Source: Obrimoposthia wandeli (lineage: Eukaryota). From it: a stretch of DNA of 64,000 nt. The notes below the pieces were generated by a model. That model made no database searches, was not told the DNA's origin, and was given only the letters and a program-made list of their open reading frames with translations. How positions within the stretch are numbered: the first letter of the stretch is position 1; each line of letters starts with the position of its first letter. The DNA is taken from assembly GCA_977020255.1 (NCBI GenBank), contig CDROCS010000253.1:434001-498000 (forward strand). Reading direction: 5' to 3'. The translations under genes were made by a program, and so were the position numbers. Of the stretch, positions 11,674-22,232 are shown in pieces.

Positions 11674-11770
11674 AACTTATTAAAATCACCCTTATTTTAC
11701 TTAACGCTCTTTGTTCGAAATGTATTGTGTAACATTCGTTATTTACCGTTCTTTGTTTGATATAAAGTAT

Positions 11771-12853
11771 CTAACGTAACTTCAAGGTCGCTAAACCTAC
11801 CAGTACTAATATCAATGAAATAATCCAGAAACGAACAATAACTCGCGGCTCTGGCCAACCTTTTAATTCATAGTGATGATGAATTGGCGCCATACGGAAA
11901 ATGCGCTGTCCACGCATTTTATAAGAGCCAACTTGTAAAATGACCGAGACGGTTTCCATAACAAAAACACCGCCCATAATAAATAAAACTAACTCTTGGC
12001 GAACAAGAACAGCAATAACACCCAATGCTGCACCTAATGCCAATGAGCCGACATCGCCCATAAACACTTGTGCTGGATAGGTGTTAAACCACAAGAAGCC
12101 TAATCCTGCACCGACAATAGCGGTACAGACAATAACCAACTCACTTGTTAAGGCGATATGGGGAATATTCAAATAAGCAGAAAAGTTCACGTGACCGGTA
12201 ACATAAGCAAATAAAGCAAAAGCCCCTGCAACCATTATGGTAGGAACAATAGCTAAGCCATCAAGACCATCAGTCAAGTTCACCGCATTTGAGGTGCCTA
12301 CAATAACGAAATAGGTCATCACCACATAAAATATACCTAACTGTGGTAATAGCTCTTTCATAAAGGGTATTAATAACGCTGTTTCATTTGGGCCTTGGGC
12401 AATAAAAAATAAAAATAAAGCGGTGCTTAAGCCGATAACGGTTTGCCAAAAATACTTCCAACGAGCGATTAGACCATTAGCATCTTTACGAACAACTTTA
12501 CGATAATCATCAACAAAGCCGACGATGCCAAAGCTCACTATCACGAATAGCACTACCCAAACATAAATATTGCTTAGATCTGCCCACAGTAAAACACTAA
12601 CGACAATAGAGGCGAGTATTAACAAACCGCCCATCGTTGGCGTACCCGATTTAGATAAGTGACTTTCTGGACCATCATCTCTTACCGTTTGACCAATTTG
12701 CATTTTTTGCAAATAACGAATAAGTTTAGGTCCAAAATATAAGGATATAAACAGCGCGGTTAGCGTGCTAATAATGGCGCGAAATGTTAAATAGGAGAAA
12801 ACATTAAACGCTGAATAAAATTGAGTTAAATACTCACCTAACCACAATAACAT
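11771..12853 (-). CDS. mraY: Phospho-N-acetylmuramoyl-pentapeptide transferase
   Basis: [37 protein letters not shown]. Confidence 0.99.
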   Translation of the reverse strand: MLLWLGEYLTQFYSAFNVFSYLTFRAIISTLTALFISLYFGPKLIRYLQKMQIGQTVRDDGPESHLSKSGTPTMGGLLILASIVVSVLLWADLSNIYVWVVLFVIVSFGIVGFVDDYRKVVRKDANGLIARWKYFWQTVIGLSTALFLFFIAQGPNETALLIPFMKELLPQLGIFYVVMTYFVIVGTSNAVNLTDGLDGLAIVPTIMVAGAFALFAYVTGHVNFSAYLNIPHIALTSELVIVCTAIVGAGLGFLWFNTYPAQVFMGDVGSLALGAALGVIAVLVRQELVLFIMGGVFVMETVSVILQVGSYKMRGQRIFRMAPIHHHYELKGWPEPRVIVRFWIISLILVLVGLATLKLR

Positions 12854-14466
12854 TAAGCCATACCTTCTTTACTTTGATTATCACTAGCTTGAGTTTTACT
12901 AGCTTTGTTTTTACTCGCAACACTTTCTTGACTAATACTTTGTTCTTGATTCATAACTTGCTGGGCATTCATTTTTTCAAACCAATCAATAATTTCTGTC
13001 ACTACATACTCCATATGTGCACTTCGAGAGCCTTTAACTAAAATAGCAATATCTTGCTGACCAACAGACAGCTGTTGACTCAACATGGTAAATAAATGAG
13101 TTATCAAATCAGCTCTTTGATTGAAATGCTGACTTTGCTCATTTTGGTGATTGTCTTTGGCAAACGCATCACTGGCACTTTGACTTAACACGCCTAACGA
13201 CAATAGGGTATTTAACTGTAAGTGCTTAGCAAATTCGCCAACTTCTTGATGATAACTACGCGCTTCACTGCCTAGTTCACCCATATCACCTAGAATAAGT
13301 AATTGCTTCCCTGGATAATTTGATAATAATTGCGCTGCCGCTTTTGCTGACTCAAGATTAGCGTTATAGCTATCATCAATCAGTTTGATGTTGCAGCCCG
13401 TTTTTGTGTCTTTTAATTGATGTAAATTCAGTCGGCCTTTTACTGGCTGCATTTGGGCTAAACCTAACTGAATGTCCTCAAGGCTGGCGCCAAACTCTAG
13501 CGCAATACAAGCAGCAGCAACCGCATTACAAACATTATGCTTGCCAGGTACGGTTAAAGTGACGTCACAATTGCCCTTTTCGCTTTGCAGAGTGAAACTT
13601 GCGCAGCCATTGTCGTCTAAGCTGACATTTTCGCTATAACAATTGGCTTTACTAGTACCAGTACTAAAACAAGAAAAAGTACGAACCGTTTTATCCGTTA
13701 ACCGCCATTGCCATTTACTGGTGTACTTAGTGTCTTGGTTGTATAGGGCAACACCATTTTCACCAAGACCTGAAAATATTTCGCCTTTAGCACGGGCTAC
13801 TCCACATAAATCACCAAAGCCTTCTAAATGTGCGGCGGCAATATTATTAATTACGGCAACGTCTGGCTGAGCTAATGCGGTGGTATAAGCAATTTCACCC
13901 ATGTGATTAGCGCCCATTTCAATCACAGCAAAATCATGGCTGTTATCTAAACGAAGTAATGTTAAAGGCACGCCAATATCATTATTAAAATTACCGTTCG
14001 TTGCTAAGACTTTGCCTAAACGAGACAAAATAGCGGCAACCATTTCTTTAACTGTTGTTTTACCACTACTACCGGTAATGCCCACCGTTTTAGGGGCAAG
14101 CTCTTTTTTAACAAAAGCGGCAATTTTCCCTAGAGCAATACGCGTATCGCTAACAATTAATTGTGTGGTATCAGTTACTTCATTCAAGTGATGATCAACG
14201 ATGAGTAATTGACAGCCTTGCTTGATAACTTGCTTTGCAAAACGGTGGCCATCGAAATTAGGCCCTTTAAGTGCAAGAAAGGCAGTGCTCTTGTCAGAAT
14301 TTTCAATGATAGCGCGACTATCAATAACTAAATCATCAATGACTAATTCATCAATAAACAAGTCATCGGAAGCTAATTCATCGAGACTGAACACAGCCGG
14401 TTTTTCTGCAATAATGAGTTCACCGTCAGTCACTTTTGCTAAAGTAGCCACTGAAAGCGTAATCAT
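12853..14466 (-). CDS. murF: UDP-MurNAc-tripeptide--D-Ala-D-Ala ligase
   Basis: [35 protein letters not shown]. Its start overlaps the murE stop (ATGA). Confidence 0.96.
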   Translation of the reverse strand: MITLSVATLAKVTDGELIIAEKPAVFSLDELASDDLFIDELVIDDLVIDSRAIIENSDKSTAFLALKGPNFDGHRFAKQVIKQGCQLLIVDHHLNEVTDTTQLIVSDTRIALGKIAAFVKKELAPKTVGITGSSGKTTVKEMVAAILSRLGKVLATNGNFNNDIGVPLTLLRLDNSHDFAVIEMGANHMGEIAYTTALAQPDVAVINNIAAAHLEGFGDLCGVARAKGEIFSGLGENGVALYNQDTKYTSKWQWRLTDKTVRTFSCFSTGTSKANCYSENVSLDDNGCASFTLQSEKGNCDVTLTVPGKHNVCNAVAAACIALEFGASLEDIQLGLAQMQPVKGRLNLHQLKDTKTGCNIKLIDDSYNANLESAKAAAQLLSNYPGKQLLILGDMGELGSEARSYHQEVGEFAKHLQLNTLLSLGVLSQSASDAFAKDNHQNEQSQHFNQRADLITHLFTMLSQQLSVGQQDIAILVKGSRSAHMEYVVTEIIDWFEKMNAQQVMNQEQSISQESVASKNKASKTQASDNQSKEGMA

Positions 14467-16079
14467 AACTTTGCCTCATTAGGCAATGTTTTTTTTGAAG
14501 CTAAGCCTGCATGCTTTTGATAAAAATTTGTCACAACTAAGCGTTCGTTATAAGCTAATTTCTGCGTACCAATGACTGCGCCATGGTTATCATGCTTAGC
14601 AACAATGACGTAATCTTCATGGCCTTTACCTGCCAACAAGACGATATCACCAGCTTGTGCTTTATTCAGTGTCTTCAATACGGCTTGTTCTCTTGCTAAA
14701 ATAATGGTTATTTTCTCGGCATCCGGATTGGTAAAACCAGCAATAATATCATTGGCTATCAACTGGGCATCTTCACTACGCGGGTTATCATTGGTAACTA
14801 TCAAATAATCCGCATGTTTTTCTGCCGCTTGCGCCATTAAGGGTCTTTTGCCTTTATCTCTATCGCCGCCACAGCCAAAGACAACATAAAGCTCACCTGA
14901 ACAATGTTGACGACAGGCTTGCAGTGCTTTTTCCAACGCATCGGGAGTGTGGGCATAATCAACCACGGCCGTTGCTAAGTTCTCAGCACTTGTTGCTTCC
15001 ATTCGTCCTGCGATAGCACTCACTTGGCTAACTAAATTAGGAAGCTCGCTTAATGGTATGCCTTGAATAAGCAGCACACTGATGGCCGCCAATAAATTAT
15101 CAATATTAAAATCGCCCAACAATGGACTGGTAATGTCTATATCGCCTAAATGACTCGCTAAGGTAAAAGAAACACCGTGACTATGACGATTAATAGCTTT
15201 AGCGGTTACAAAATACTTGTAGGCACCTATGTGATTTTCACGACCATATAACCAAAGGGGTTGCTGCTCTGGCCAGTTTTTCAGCCATTGTTTTGTTTGT
15301 TTATCATCAAAGTTCACTACGGCAACTTGCTTACTATCTGCGCTAAAAATCTGCTTTTTAGCCTTGGCATAACTTGCCATAGAACCATGGTAATCAAGAT
15401 GGTCACGGCTTAAATTGGTAAACAGTGCTATATCAAATAAATCTGCTTGCACACGTTTTTGTGATAAAGCATGTGAAGACACTTCCATCGCTACGTAGCT
15501 AAATTTGCCATGGACAGAGTGCTCATCATTAAAACAGTTAAATAATTGATGTAACTCACAAGCACCAGGAGTGGTATTTTCTATGGGATGTAACTTATCG
15601 ATACTACCCGCACCATTAGTACCAATAACAGCACAAGGTTTATGGTAAGCACTAAGCATCTGAGCTAACAATTGACTGGTGGTGGTTTTACCATTGGTAC
15701 CGGTAATACCTACTATAGTCATATTATCTTGCGGCGCTTGATAGTAGTTTTTTGTTAAGGTAAACAAATGCTGATTAAGTTGATAAAACTTAACAATAGC
15801 GACCTTATTTTCGCTTGACGAAAAAGCAACCTCTCCATGATCAGTAATCTTCTCACATTCAGCAAGCACTAATTTAGCACCTTGGCTAATGGCTTGTTCA
15901 ATGTATTGGCGACCATCTTGATCATGCCCCATAATGGCGCAGAAAATATCACCCTCGACAATGCCTCGACTATCATTGTGAAGATCACCACAACAGCCCA
16001 TTAAATTAATGGTTTTAGGTAAATCAATGGAAAATTGAGTTAAACAAGTCACTATATTTTGTGTAGTAGGTTTAGGCAT
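14463..16079 (-). CDS. murE: UDP-MurNAc-dipeptide--meso-diaminopimelate ligase
   Basis: GITGTNGKTT, MEVSSH, DHLDYH, DYAHTPDA. The DNPR motif is the established meso-DAP specificity signature. Confidence 0.97.
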   Translation of the reverse strand: MPKPTTQNIVTCLTQFSIDLPKTINLMGCCGDLHNDSRGIVEGDIFCAIMGHDQDGRQYIEQAISQGAKLVLAECEKITDHGEVAFSSSENKVAIVKFYQLNQHLFTLTKNYYQAPQDNMTIVGITGTNGKTTTSQLLAQMLSAYHKPCAVIGTNGAGSIDKLHPIENTTPGACELHQLFNCFNDEHSVHGKFSYVAMEVSSHALSQKRVQADLFDIALFTNLSRDHLDYHGSMASYAKAKKQIFSADSKQVAVVNFDDKQTKQWLKNWPEQQPLWLYGRENHIGAYKYFVTAKAINRHSHGVSFTLASHLGDIDITSPLLGDFNIDNLLAAISVLLIQGIPLSELPNLVSQVSAIAGRMEATSAENLATAVVDYAHTPDALEKALQACRQHCSGELYVVFGCGGDRDKGKRPLMAQAAEKHADYLIVTNDNPRSEDAQLIANDIIAGFTNPDAEKITIILAREQAVLKTLNKAQAGDIVLLAGKGHEDYVIVAKHDNHGAVIGTQKLAYNERLVVTNFYQKHAGLASKKTLPNEAKL

Positions 16080-17847
16080 TAGGCTCTCCTACTGCTATCT
16101 TGCGCTCTGGACGCGAGTGTTTGCTGTACTTACTGGCTGTTTGTAATTTTTGTGCATCTGGAGCAATATTAAGAATACGCAAAGCACCTTTCATCACCCG
16201 TGAAAATACCGGTGCGGCTATATCACCACCATAATAAAGATCGCCACCCGGTTCATTTATGACCACAACGACAACAATTTCAGGGTTAGAAATTGGCGCC
16301 ATACCTGCAAAAAAACCAACATAGTCATTACCATAACCACCAGCAACGGCTTTAATTGAAGTGCCTGTTTTACCACCTACTCGATAACCATCAATTTTCG
16401 CTTTTGGTACATGTTGATCCACAACAGCTTCTAACATATGCGTAATAGCTAGACTGTTCTTAGCAGAGAAAATTCTTTCCTGATCTTCTGGAACAGCCGC
16501 TTTATCACTGCTTTTAACAATCGTTAATTTACGTTTTATGCCACCATTGGCAAGGGCCATATAAAAACGTGTTAATTGTGCCGGGGTAATGGCTAGTCCA
16601 GCGCCCCAAGAGAGGGTCGCTAATTCAAACTTCGACCAACGACTTCTATCATGCATCATGCCCGAACTTTCACCAACTAAGTTAGTACCCGTATCTTCTG
16701 CAAAACCTGCATCAAAAAACTTGGTTAACAGATAATCTTTTGGCACTGATAGTGCCAATTTTGTAGTGCCCATATTGGAAGAGTGAACCAAAATATCTTC
16801 AATGGATAGCTTGCCACGATTAATAGGGTCACTAACTCGACGTCCGCCTAAACGCATCCATCCGGGGCTAGTATTTATCACCGTATTTTCTTTAACAGAG
16901 CCAAACTCTAATGCGGCCATTGCTGTCAATGGTTTCATTGTTGAGCCGGGTTCATACACATCAGTAATAGCGCGATTTCTAAAACGATGAATTGCCGTAT
17001 TACGGCGATTATTTGGGTTATACGATGGGCTATTGGTCATTGCCAATATCTCACCAGTATGAACATTTGCGACCACGATTGAACCTGAAGTAGCTTTAAA
17101 TGCTTGCACAGCACCTTTTAGCTCTTTATAAGCAATGGCTTGAATACGTTGGTCGATACTTAAGGTAATATCTTGTGCTTGCTCAGGCTCTTCCACTGAA
17201 ATTATTTCAATTTTACGACCTTTGGCATCTTTTCTAAAACGTTTTGCACCACCCGTACCCGTAAGTAATTCATCATACATACGCTCGATGCCTTCAATGC
17301 CTTTATCATCAACATTGGTAAAACCAATAAGGTGAGCACTAATTTCCCCAGTAGGATAAAAGCGCTTCGATTCTTTACGCAGGTGTATTCCGGGGATTTT
17401 TAATTTTTTGATGTAATTAGCCATGGCTGGCGATATTTTACGCTCTAGATAAATAAAACGTTTACGGGGATTTTTAACTACGCGAGCGATAAGTGTATTT
17501 ATATCTTGATCAAGTACGTCTGCAAGCGCCTGCCAATGCTTAGTCATCGCGAGAGCATTATTGTCCATAATAATTTTAGGATCGGCCCAAACGGTTTCTA
17601 CAGGCACACTAATAGCGAGTTCGGCGCCGTTGCGATCAACAATAGAACCACGTTGCACAGTATTAGCAGCAACGCGTAAAGAGCGTAAGTCGCCTTGTTT
17701 TTTCAGCATTTCTGGTTCAATAATTTGGATGTAGGCGGTTCGCGCCATCAAACTGATATAAATAAGAGCAACAACAGCCAGCACGAGATAATAACGCCAT
17801 GGAGCGGTATTTAGTGGATTATTGTTTTTGGCTGCTTTTTTATTCAC
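16072..17847 (-). CDS. ftsI: Septal transpeptidase PBP3
   Basis: EPGSTMK (SxxK), SSN (SxN), KTG motifs; N-terminal TM; GTG start. Confidence 0.97.
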   Translation of the reverse strand: MNKKAAKNNNPLNTAPWRYYLVLAVVALIYISLMARTAYIQIIEPEMLKKQGDLRSLRVAANTVQRGSIVDRNGAELAISVPVETVWADPKIIMDNNALAMTKHWQALADVLDQDINTLIARVVKNPRKRFIYLERKISPAMANYIKKLKIPGIHLRKESKRFYPTGEISAHLIGFTNVDDKGIEGIERMYDELLTGTGGAKRFRKDAKGRKIEIISVEEPEQAQDITLSIDQRIQAIAYKELKGAVQAFKATSGSIVVANVHTGEILAMTNSPSYNPNNRRNTAIHRFRNRAITDVYEPGSTMKPLTAMAALEFGSVKENTVINTSPGWMRLGGRRVSDPINRGKLSIEDILVHSSNMGTTKLALSVPKDYLLTKFFDAGFAEDTGTNLVGESSGMMHDRSRWSKFELATLSWGAGLAITPAQLTRFYMALANGGIKRKLTIVKSSDKAAVPEDQERIFSAKNSLAITHMLEAVVDQHVPKAKIDGYRVGGKTGTSIKAVAGGYGNDYVGFFAGMAPISNPEIVVVVVINEPGGDLYYGGDIAAPVFSRVMKGALRILNIAPDAQKLQTASKYSKHSRPERKIAVGEPNA

Positions 17848-17954
17848 ACCGCTCTCATTTATATTATTGTTTTGCTATTGTCTGACTTATTATGTCTGAC
17901 TCATATCCGGCTAAAGCTTGCTACGCTTTTGAATTGTGAACTGCTAAACTCCTT

Positions 17955-18263
17955 TTATTCTAAGGTCACAATCACTTCCGAATTCCCATTAGGGCGTTTC
18001 ATATCCAATAGATTTTTTGCTTTACTTTCAATGGCGCTGTGCTCAGCCAAACTACTTTGTTCTAATAACAAGTTGCGCCATTCAATATTTAGTTCGTCTT
18101 TTTGTGACAGCAATACTTCAAGCTCACTGGTGGTCTGTCGGTTGACATGGCTGTAATAAATTACAGAAAACGCCGACATCACGACAAACACCAATAAAAT
18201 ATAAGTAACACTATAACGGACAATATCTTGCCAAATATCAAAAACTAAGGCGCGAGCAGCCAT
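17955..18263 (-). CDS. ftsL: Cell division protein FtsL
   Basis: Small bitopic protein with a leucine-zipper-like segment (ELNIEWRNLLLEQ), lying between rsmH and ftsI. Confidence 0.95.
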   Translation of the reverse strand: MAARALVFDIWQDIVRYSVTYILLVFVVMSAFSVIYYSHVNRQTTSELEVLLSQKDELNIEWRNLLLEQSSLAEHSAIESKAKNLLDMKRPNGNSEVIVTLE

Positions 18264-18265
18264 AA

Positions 18266-19216
18266 CTAATCAGTGTTTCTGACTAAACGCTCAGCTACAC
18301 GTAATACCGAGCTACGCGAGCGCACATTCTCTTCAACTTCCGTCGGACTTGGCTTTAATCGACGACCAACCAAAGCGAACTTTTTACCCTTGTTTAATTC
18401 TTCTTCACTAATAGGTAGGCCACGAGGTACTTTTTTACCTTGTGAATGCTTTTTCATAAACTGCTTAACCAAACGGTCTTCAAGAGAATGAAAACTAATA
18501 ACAACCAGACGTCCGCCTTCTGCTAATACATCAAGTGAAGCAACAAGGGCCTTTTCAATTTGATCCAACTCACTATTGATATACATACGAATAGCTTGAA
18601 AGCTTCGTGTTGCAGGATGCTTTTTTATTTCTCTTTGAGGCGCTGTGGTTTTAATGAGCTTTGCTAATTGACTTGTTCTGGTTAACGGTGCTTCTTCACG
18701 AGTATCTACAATCGCATTGGCAATTCGCCAAGCATGCTTCTCTTCACCAAAAGTACGTAATACCCAAGTGATGTCTTCAACATCAGCAACTGCTAACCAT
18801 TCTGCCGCTGTTTGGCCTTTACTGGTATCCATACGCATATCAAGTGGGCCATCTTTCATAAAACTAAAACCACGTTCAGCTTCATCAAGTTGGGGAGAAG
18901 ATACGCCAAGATCAAGTAAAATTCCGTCAACCTTACCGGTTAACTGGTGTTTTTCTGCTATTTCAGCCAAAGCGGCAAAACCTTGATGTTCAATCAAAAA
19001 ACGTGAATCATCTTTAAATTTTTCAGCAGCGATAATTGCTGTTGGATCACGATCAATGGCAATTAAGCGTCCATCATCAGATAGCTTAGAAAGAATTAAT
19101 GACGAGTGCCCGCCTCGACCGAAAGTACAATCGATATAGCAACCGCCATCGGTTATAGCTAAGCCTTCAACAGCTTCATTGAGCAACACTGAGATATGAG
19201 TGGTGTCTAGTTCCAT
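18266..19216 (-). CDS. rsmH: 16S rRNA m4C1402 methyltransferase
   Basis: [43 protein letters not shown]. Confidence 0.98.
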   Translation of the reverse strand: MELDTTHISVLLNEAVEGLAITDGGCYIDCTFGRGGHSSLILSKLSDDGRLIAIDRDPTAIIAAEKFKDDSRFLIEHQGFAALAEIAEKHQLTGKVDGILLDLGVSSPQLDEAERGFSFMKDGPLDMRMDTSKGQTAAEWLAVADVEDITWVLRTFGEEKHAWRIANAIVDTREEAPLTRTSQLAKLIKTTAPQREIKKHPATRSFQAIRMYINSELDQIEKALVASLDVLAEGGRLVVISFHSLEDRLVKQFMKKHSQGKKVPRGLPISEEELNKGKKFALVGRRLKPSPTEVEENVRSRSSVLRVAERLVRNTD

Positions 19217-19287
19217 GTTATTATTTTTGTAACCTTTGTTCGCGAAAGTGTTAACGCATTTATTTTAAAAAGTGACTTTGGTAAGTA

Positions 19288-19746
19288 CTAAAGTGATAAG
19301 TCTAGTAAGCGTTCCGTCAATTCAATTTCACCCGATTGTATTTTGCTAATGCCTTGTTGCATTTGCGCTTGCCATGCTGTGTCATGCCAAATTTCAAATT
19401 TTTTCAATTGACCCACAAGCATAACATTTTTGTCTAAACTGGCATGTTGTCTTAAAGGGCCGTTTATTAATAGTCTACCGTTTTTATCCATCTCGCAGTC
19501 ACTAGCATTTCCTAAAATAACTTGCTGCAATAAACGCTCTTGTGGGTTCATGCTGGATAAATTACACAGTTTTAGTTCAATTTCTTCCCATTCGGGTAGC
19601 GGATAAAGTAATAAACACGGATGTTGAATATCAACCGTACAGACCATTTTTCCTTGGCAATCAGCAAATAGTTCTTCTCGATACTTTGTTGGTATCGTGA
19701 TCCTATTTTTGCTGTCAAGCGTAATTGCGCTAGTGCCTCTAAACAT
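19288..19746 (-). CDS. mraZ: dcw cluster repressor MraZ
   Basis: MFRG...LDSKNRITIP and DKNGRLLI AbrB-like repeats. Start is the ATG at 19746; the ORF-track extension to 19848 runs through the promoter. Confidence 0.96.
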   Translation of the reverse strand: MFRGTSAITLDSKNRITIPTKYREELFADCQGKMVCTVDIQHPCLLLYPLPEWEEIELKLCNLSSMNPQERLLQQVILGNASDCEMDKNGRLLINGPLRQHASLDKNVMLVGQLKKFEIWHDTAWQAQMQQGISKIQSGEIELTERLLDLSL

Positions 19747-19822
19747 ATCTGTTGTTACTTCACTCTTTTGAACGATAAATAAACAAGTAATTGGTAATGT
19801 GATAACTAATACAATGCAAGAT

Positions 19823-19846
19823 CCACATTTCCCCACTTTTTTCCAC
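19823..19846 (-). promoter_or_regulatory. Three MraZ-type GTGG direct repeats at exact 10-bp pitch
   Basis: The minus strand reads GTGG-aaaaaa-GTGG-ggaaat-GTGG (plus-strand CCAC at 19823, 19833, 19843), just downstream of the predicted promoter. This matches the known TGGG/GTGG repeat architecture of MraZ operators. Confidence 0.8.
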
Positions 19847-19854
19847 ATTGATAC

Positions 19855-19884
19855 AGTTTAGTGAAAAATGCAACGATCTGTCAA
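19855..19884 (-). promoter_or_regulatory. Sigma70 promoter of the dcw cluster
   Basis: TTGACA (19884-19879), an 18-nt spacer, then TAAACT (19860-19855). Confidence 0.7.
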
Positions 19885-20123
19885 GTGAGTAAAAACAAAA
19901 ATAAACGTACAGACACTGACTATAACACCAGTAAAATTAAGGCTTATAGGGAAGTGGATGAAATAGTGGACTTTTGTGGCAAGTAATCCCAAAAAAGGGC
20001 AAAAAAATAATTATTTTACTGAAATGCTGTCTATTATTAGCGACAGGGGTAGTAAAGGTGGTGTGCTAGGGTTCATTTTTCCCAGAAAGAAAAACGTCCC
20101 CTAGCAGAGGTTATCTTACGCGT

Positions 20124-21932
20124 TTAAAATAACTCATCATTAATAGCAAACAAACAATCACTGCCTGATTTTGCTGAAGCAATTAAAGACAGTCTACGCG
20201 ATAATAATCGGGTATAGAAGTATCGAGCCGTGTGCAGTTTACTTTGATAGAAGTCCGCACCGCTTTCGCCATTACTCTCTTGCTTTGACAAAGAAACCTG
20301 TGCCATTTTCGCCCAAATGAATGCCATTGCCGTATAACCAAAAACATGTAAATAGTCATTTGCTGATGCGCCTAACTCATTTATATCACTTTGTGACTTA
20401 GTTAATAAATCAGTCGTTAATTCAGTTAAATCAGTTACCGCTGCTGCTAGAGGAGTAATAAATTCAGCCATATCTTGATCATCTTTACTGCTTTCAATAA
20501 AAGCATCCACTTCATCAGTAAACACTTTTAACATAGCGCCTTTTGAACTTGCTACTTTTCGCATCAATAAATCCATGGCTTGAATACCATTTGTACCTTC
20601 ATATATTTGAGTAATTCTAGCATCACGTACTAATTGTTCTTGTCCCCATTCACGAATATAACCATGACCACCAAAAACCTGTTGGCCAGTAACGGTATTT
20701 TCAAAGCCTAAGTCAGTAAAAAATGCTTTCGCAACAGGTGTCATCAATGCGGCTAAGGTTTCACCTTTAGTTTGCTCTTCGCCTTCACCGTAAGTAGCGT
20801 AATCAAGCTGCATAGAGATATAGCTAGAAAGCGCGCGCGATCCCTCATTTAATGCTTTCATATTTAAAAGCATACGACGAACATCACCATGTACCATGAT
20901 AGAGTCAGCTTCTTGATCAGGATTTTTAACGCCATTCACTTTACTATCAAGTGATCGACCTTGTAATCTGTCTTTCGCATATTCTAGCGCATTTTGATAA
21001 GAGCGTACTGCAGCACTTAAACCTTGGATGCCAACACCAATACGTTCAAAATTCATCATGGTGAACATACAAGCTAAGCCTTTATTTAGATCTCCAATTA
21101 AGAAACCTTTTGCATCATCAAAATTCATTACACAAGTTGACGAGGCATGAATGCCCATTTTATGTTCTATAGAACCACAAGTAACATTGTTACGTTCACC
21201 GAGCGTCTCATCATCATTGACATTAAATTTAGGCACTAAAAATAAAGAAATACCACGAGGGCCTGCTGGCGCATCGGGTAGTTTAGCTAACACTAAGTGG
21301 ACTATATTTTCAGTAAGATCATGCTCGCCACCCGTGATAAATATTTTATTACCCGTAACACGATAACTCCCATCGTCTTGTGGAAGTGCTTTTGTACGAA
21401 TAATACCAAGATCAGAGCCAGAGTGTGATTCAGTCAAGCACATAGATGCAGACCAATCACCGGCATACATACGCGTTAAGTAACGTTGTTTTAATTCTTC
21501 ACTACCATGTTTGGCTAATGACAAAGCCGCACCCGCGGTAAGTACTGGATAAAGCGCAAAAGAAATATCGGCACTACATAACATTTCTTCATGCATAGCC
21601 GTTAACATTTTTGGCATACCCATGCCGCCATAATCAACATCACCACCAAGCGCAGTCCAGCCACCTTCAGCATAAGTATTGAATGCTTCTTTATAACCAG
21701 GCGCTGTGGTAACTACACCCTCTTTAAAACTCACGCCAATTTCATCACCTTGACGAGCAATAGGATCAAGCTCTTGTTCCGCAATTTTGGCACATTCTTG
21801 TAAAATAGCTTGAGCTGTTTCTTTATCAACTTGCTCTGCTAATTTAGGTATTTTTTGCCACATTTCATCCGCTTTAAATACTTCATAAAGCAAAAAACTC
21901 ATATCCTTTAACGGAACTTTATACTCAGCCAT
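20124..21932 (-). CDS. Acyl-CoA dehydrogenase (long, ~600-aa family)
   Basis: MCLTESHSGSDL, KIFITGGEH, EHKMGIHAS, QVFGGHGY, IYEGTNGIQ. Start set at the ATG at 21932, which follows AAGGAAG. Confidence 0.93.
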   Translation of the reverse strand: MAEYKVPLKDMSFLLYEVFKADEMWQKIPKLAEQVDKETAQAILQECAKIAEQELDPIARQGDEIGVSFKEGVVTTAPGYKEAFNTYAEGGWTALGGDVDYGGMGMPKMLTAMHEEMLCSADISFALYPVLTAGAALSLAKHGSEELKQRYLTRMYAGDWSASMCLTESHSGSDLGIIRTKALPQDDGSYRVTGNKIFITGGEHDLTENIVHLVLAKLPDAPAGPRGISLFLVPKFNVNDDETLGERNNVTCGSIEHKMGIHASSTCVMNFDDAKGFLIGDLNKGLACMFTMMNFERIGVGIQGLSAAVRSYQNALEYAKDRLQGRSLDSKVNGVKNPDQEADSIMVHGDVRRMLLNMKALNEGSRALSSYISMQLDYATYGEGEEQTKGETLAALMTPVAKAFFTDLGFENTVTGQQVFGGHGYIREWGQEQLVRDARITQIYEGTNGIQAMDLLMRKVASSKGAMLKVFTDEVDAFIESSKDDQDMAEFITPLAAAVTDLTELTTDLLTKSQSDINELGASANDYLHVFGYTAMAFIWAKMAQVSLSKQESNGESGADFYQSKLHTARYFYTRLLSRRLSLIASAKSGSDCLFAINDELF

Positions 21933-21978
21933 GATGACTTCCTTTATTAAATTTGGATTTCTGTGTGGTAAACACACA

Positions 21979-21998
21979 ATTAAAACGCTTGTTTGAAT
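21979..21998. promoter_or_regulatory. Candidate PsrA operator upstream of the acyl-CoA dehydrogenase
   Basis: attAAAACgcttGTTTGaat is a 14/20 palindrome fitting AAAC-N4-GTTT. PsrA is a known regulator of fatty-acid degradation genes in gammaproteobacteria. Confidence 0.6.
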
Positions 21999-22232
21999 AA
22001 TAATATAAATCATGAAAATGTAAAGCTATATCGAACAATAGCCCGGTATTTTTTACTTAATAGCGAGGTTATTAACATAAATAAGACTATTTTCTAGTAA
22101 GAGCTTTGCTCGCTGTTTGCTATTATCTTTAAAATTAAGTTAAGGTGTTATTTATGGGCTATGAAAATTAATGATAGTAATAATAACGTGACTAACACCT
22201 GTATTAGCACCTGTACTAGCGAGTAAAATAAC

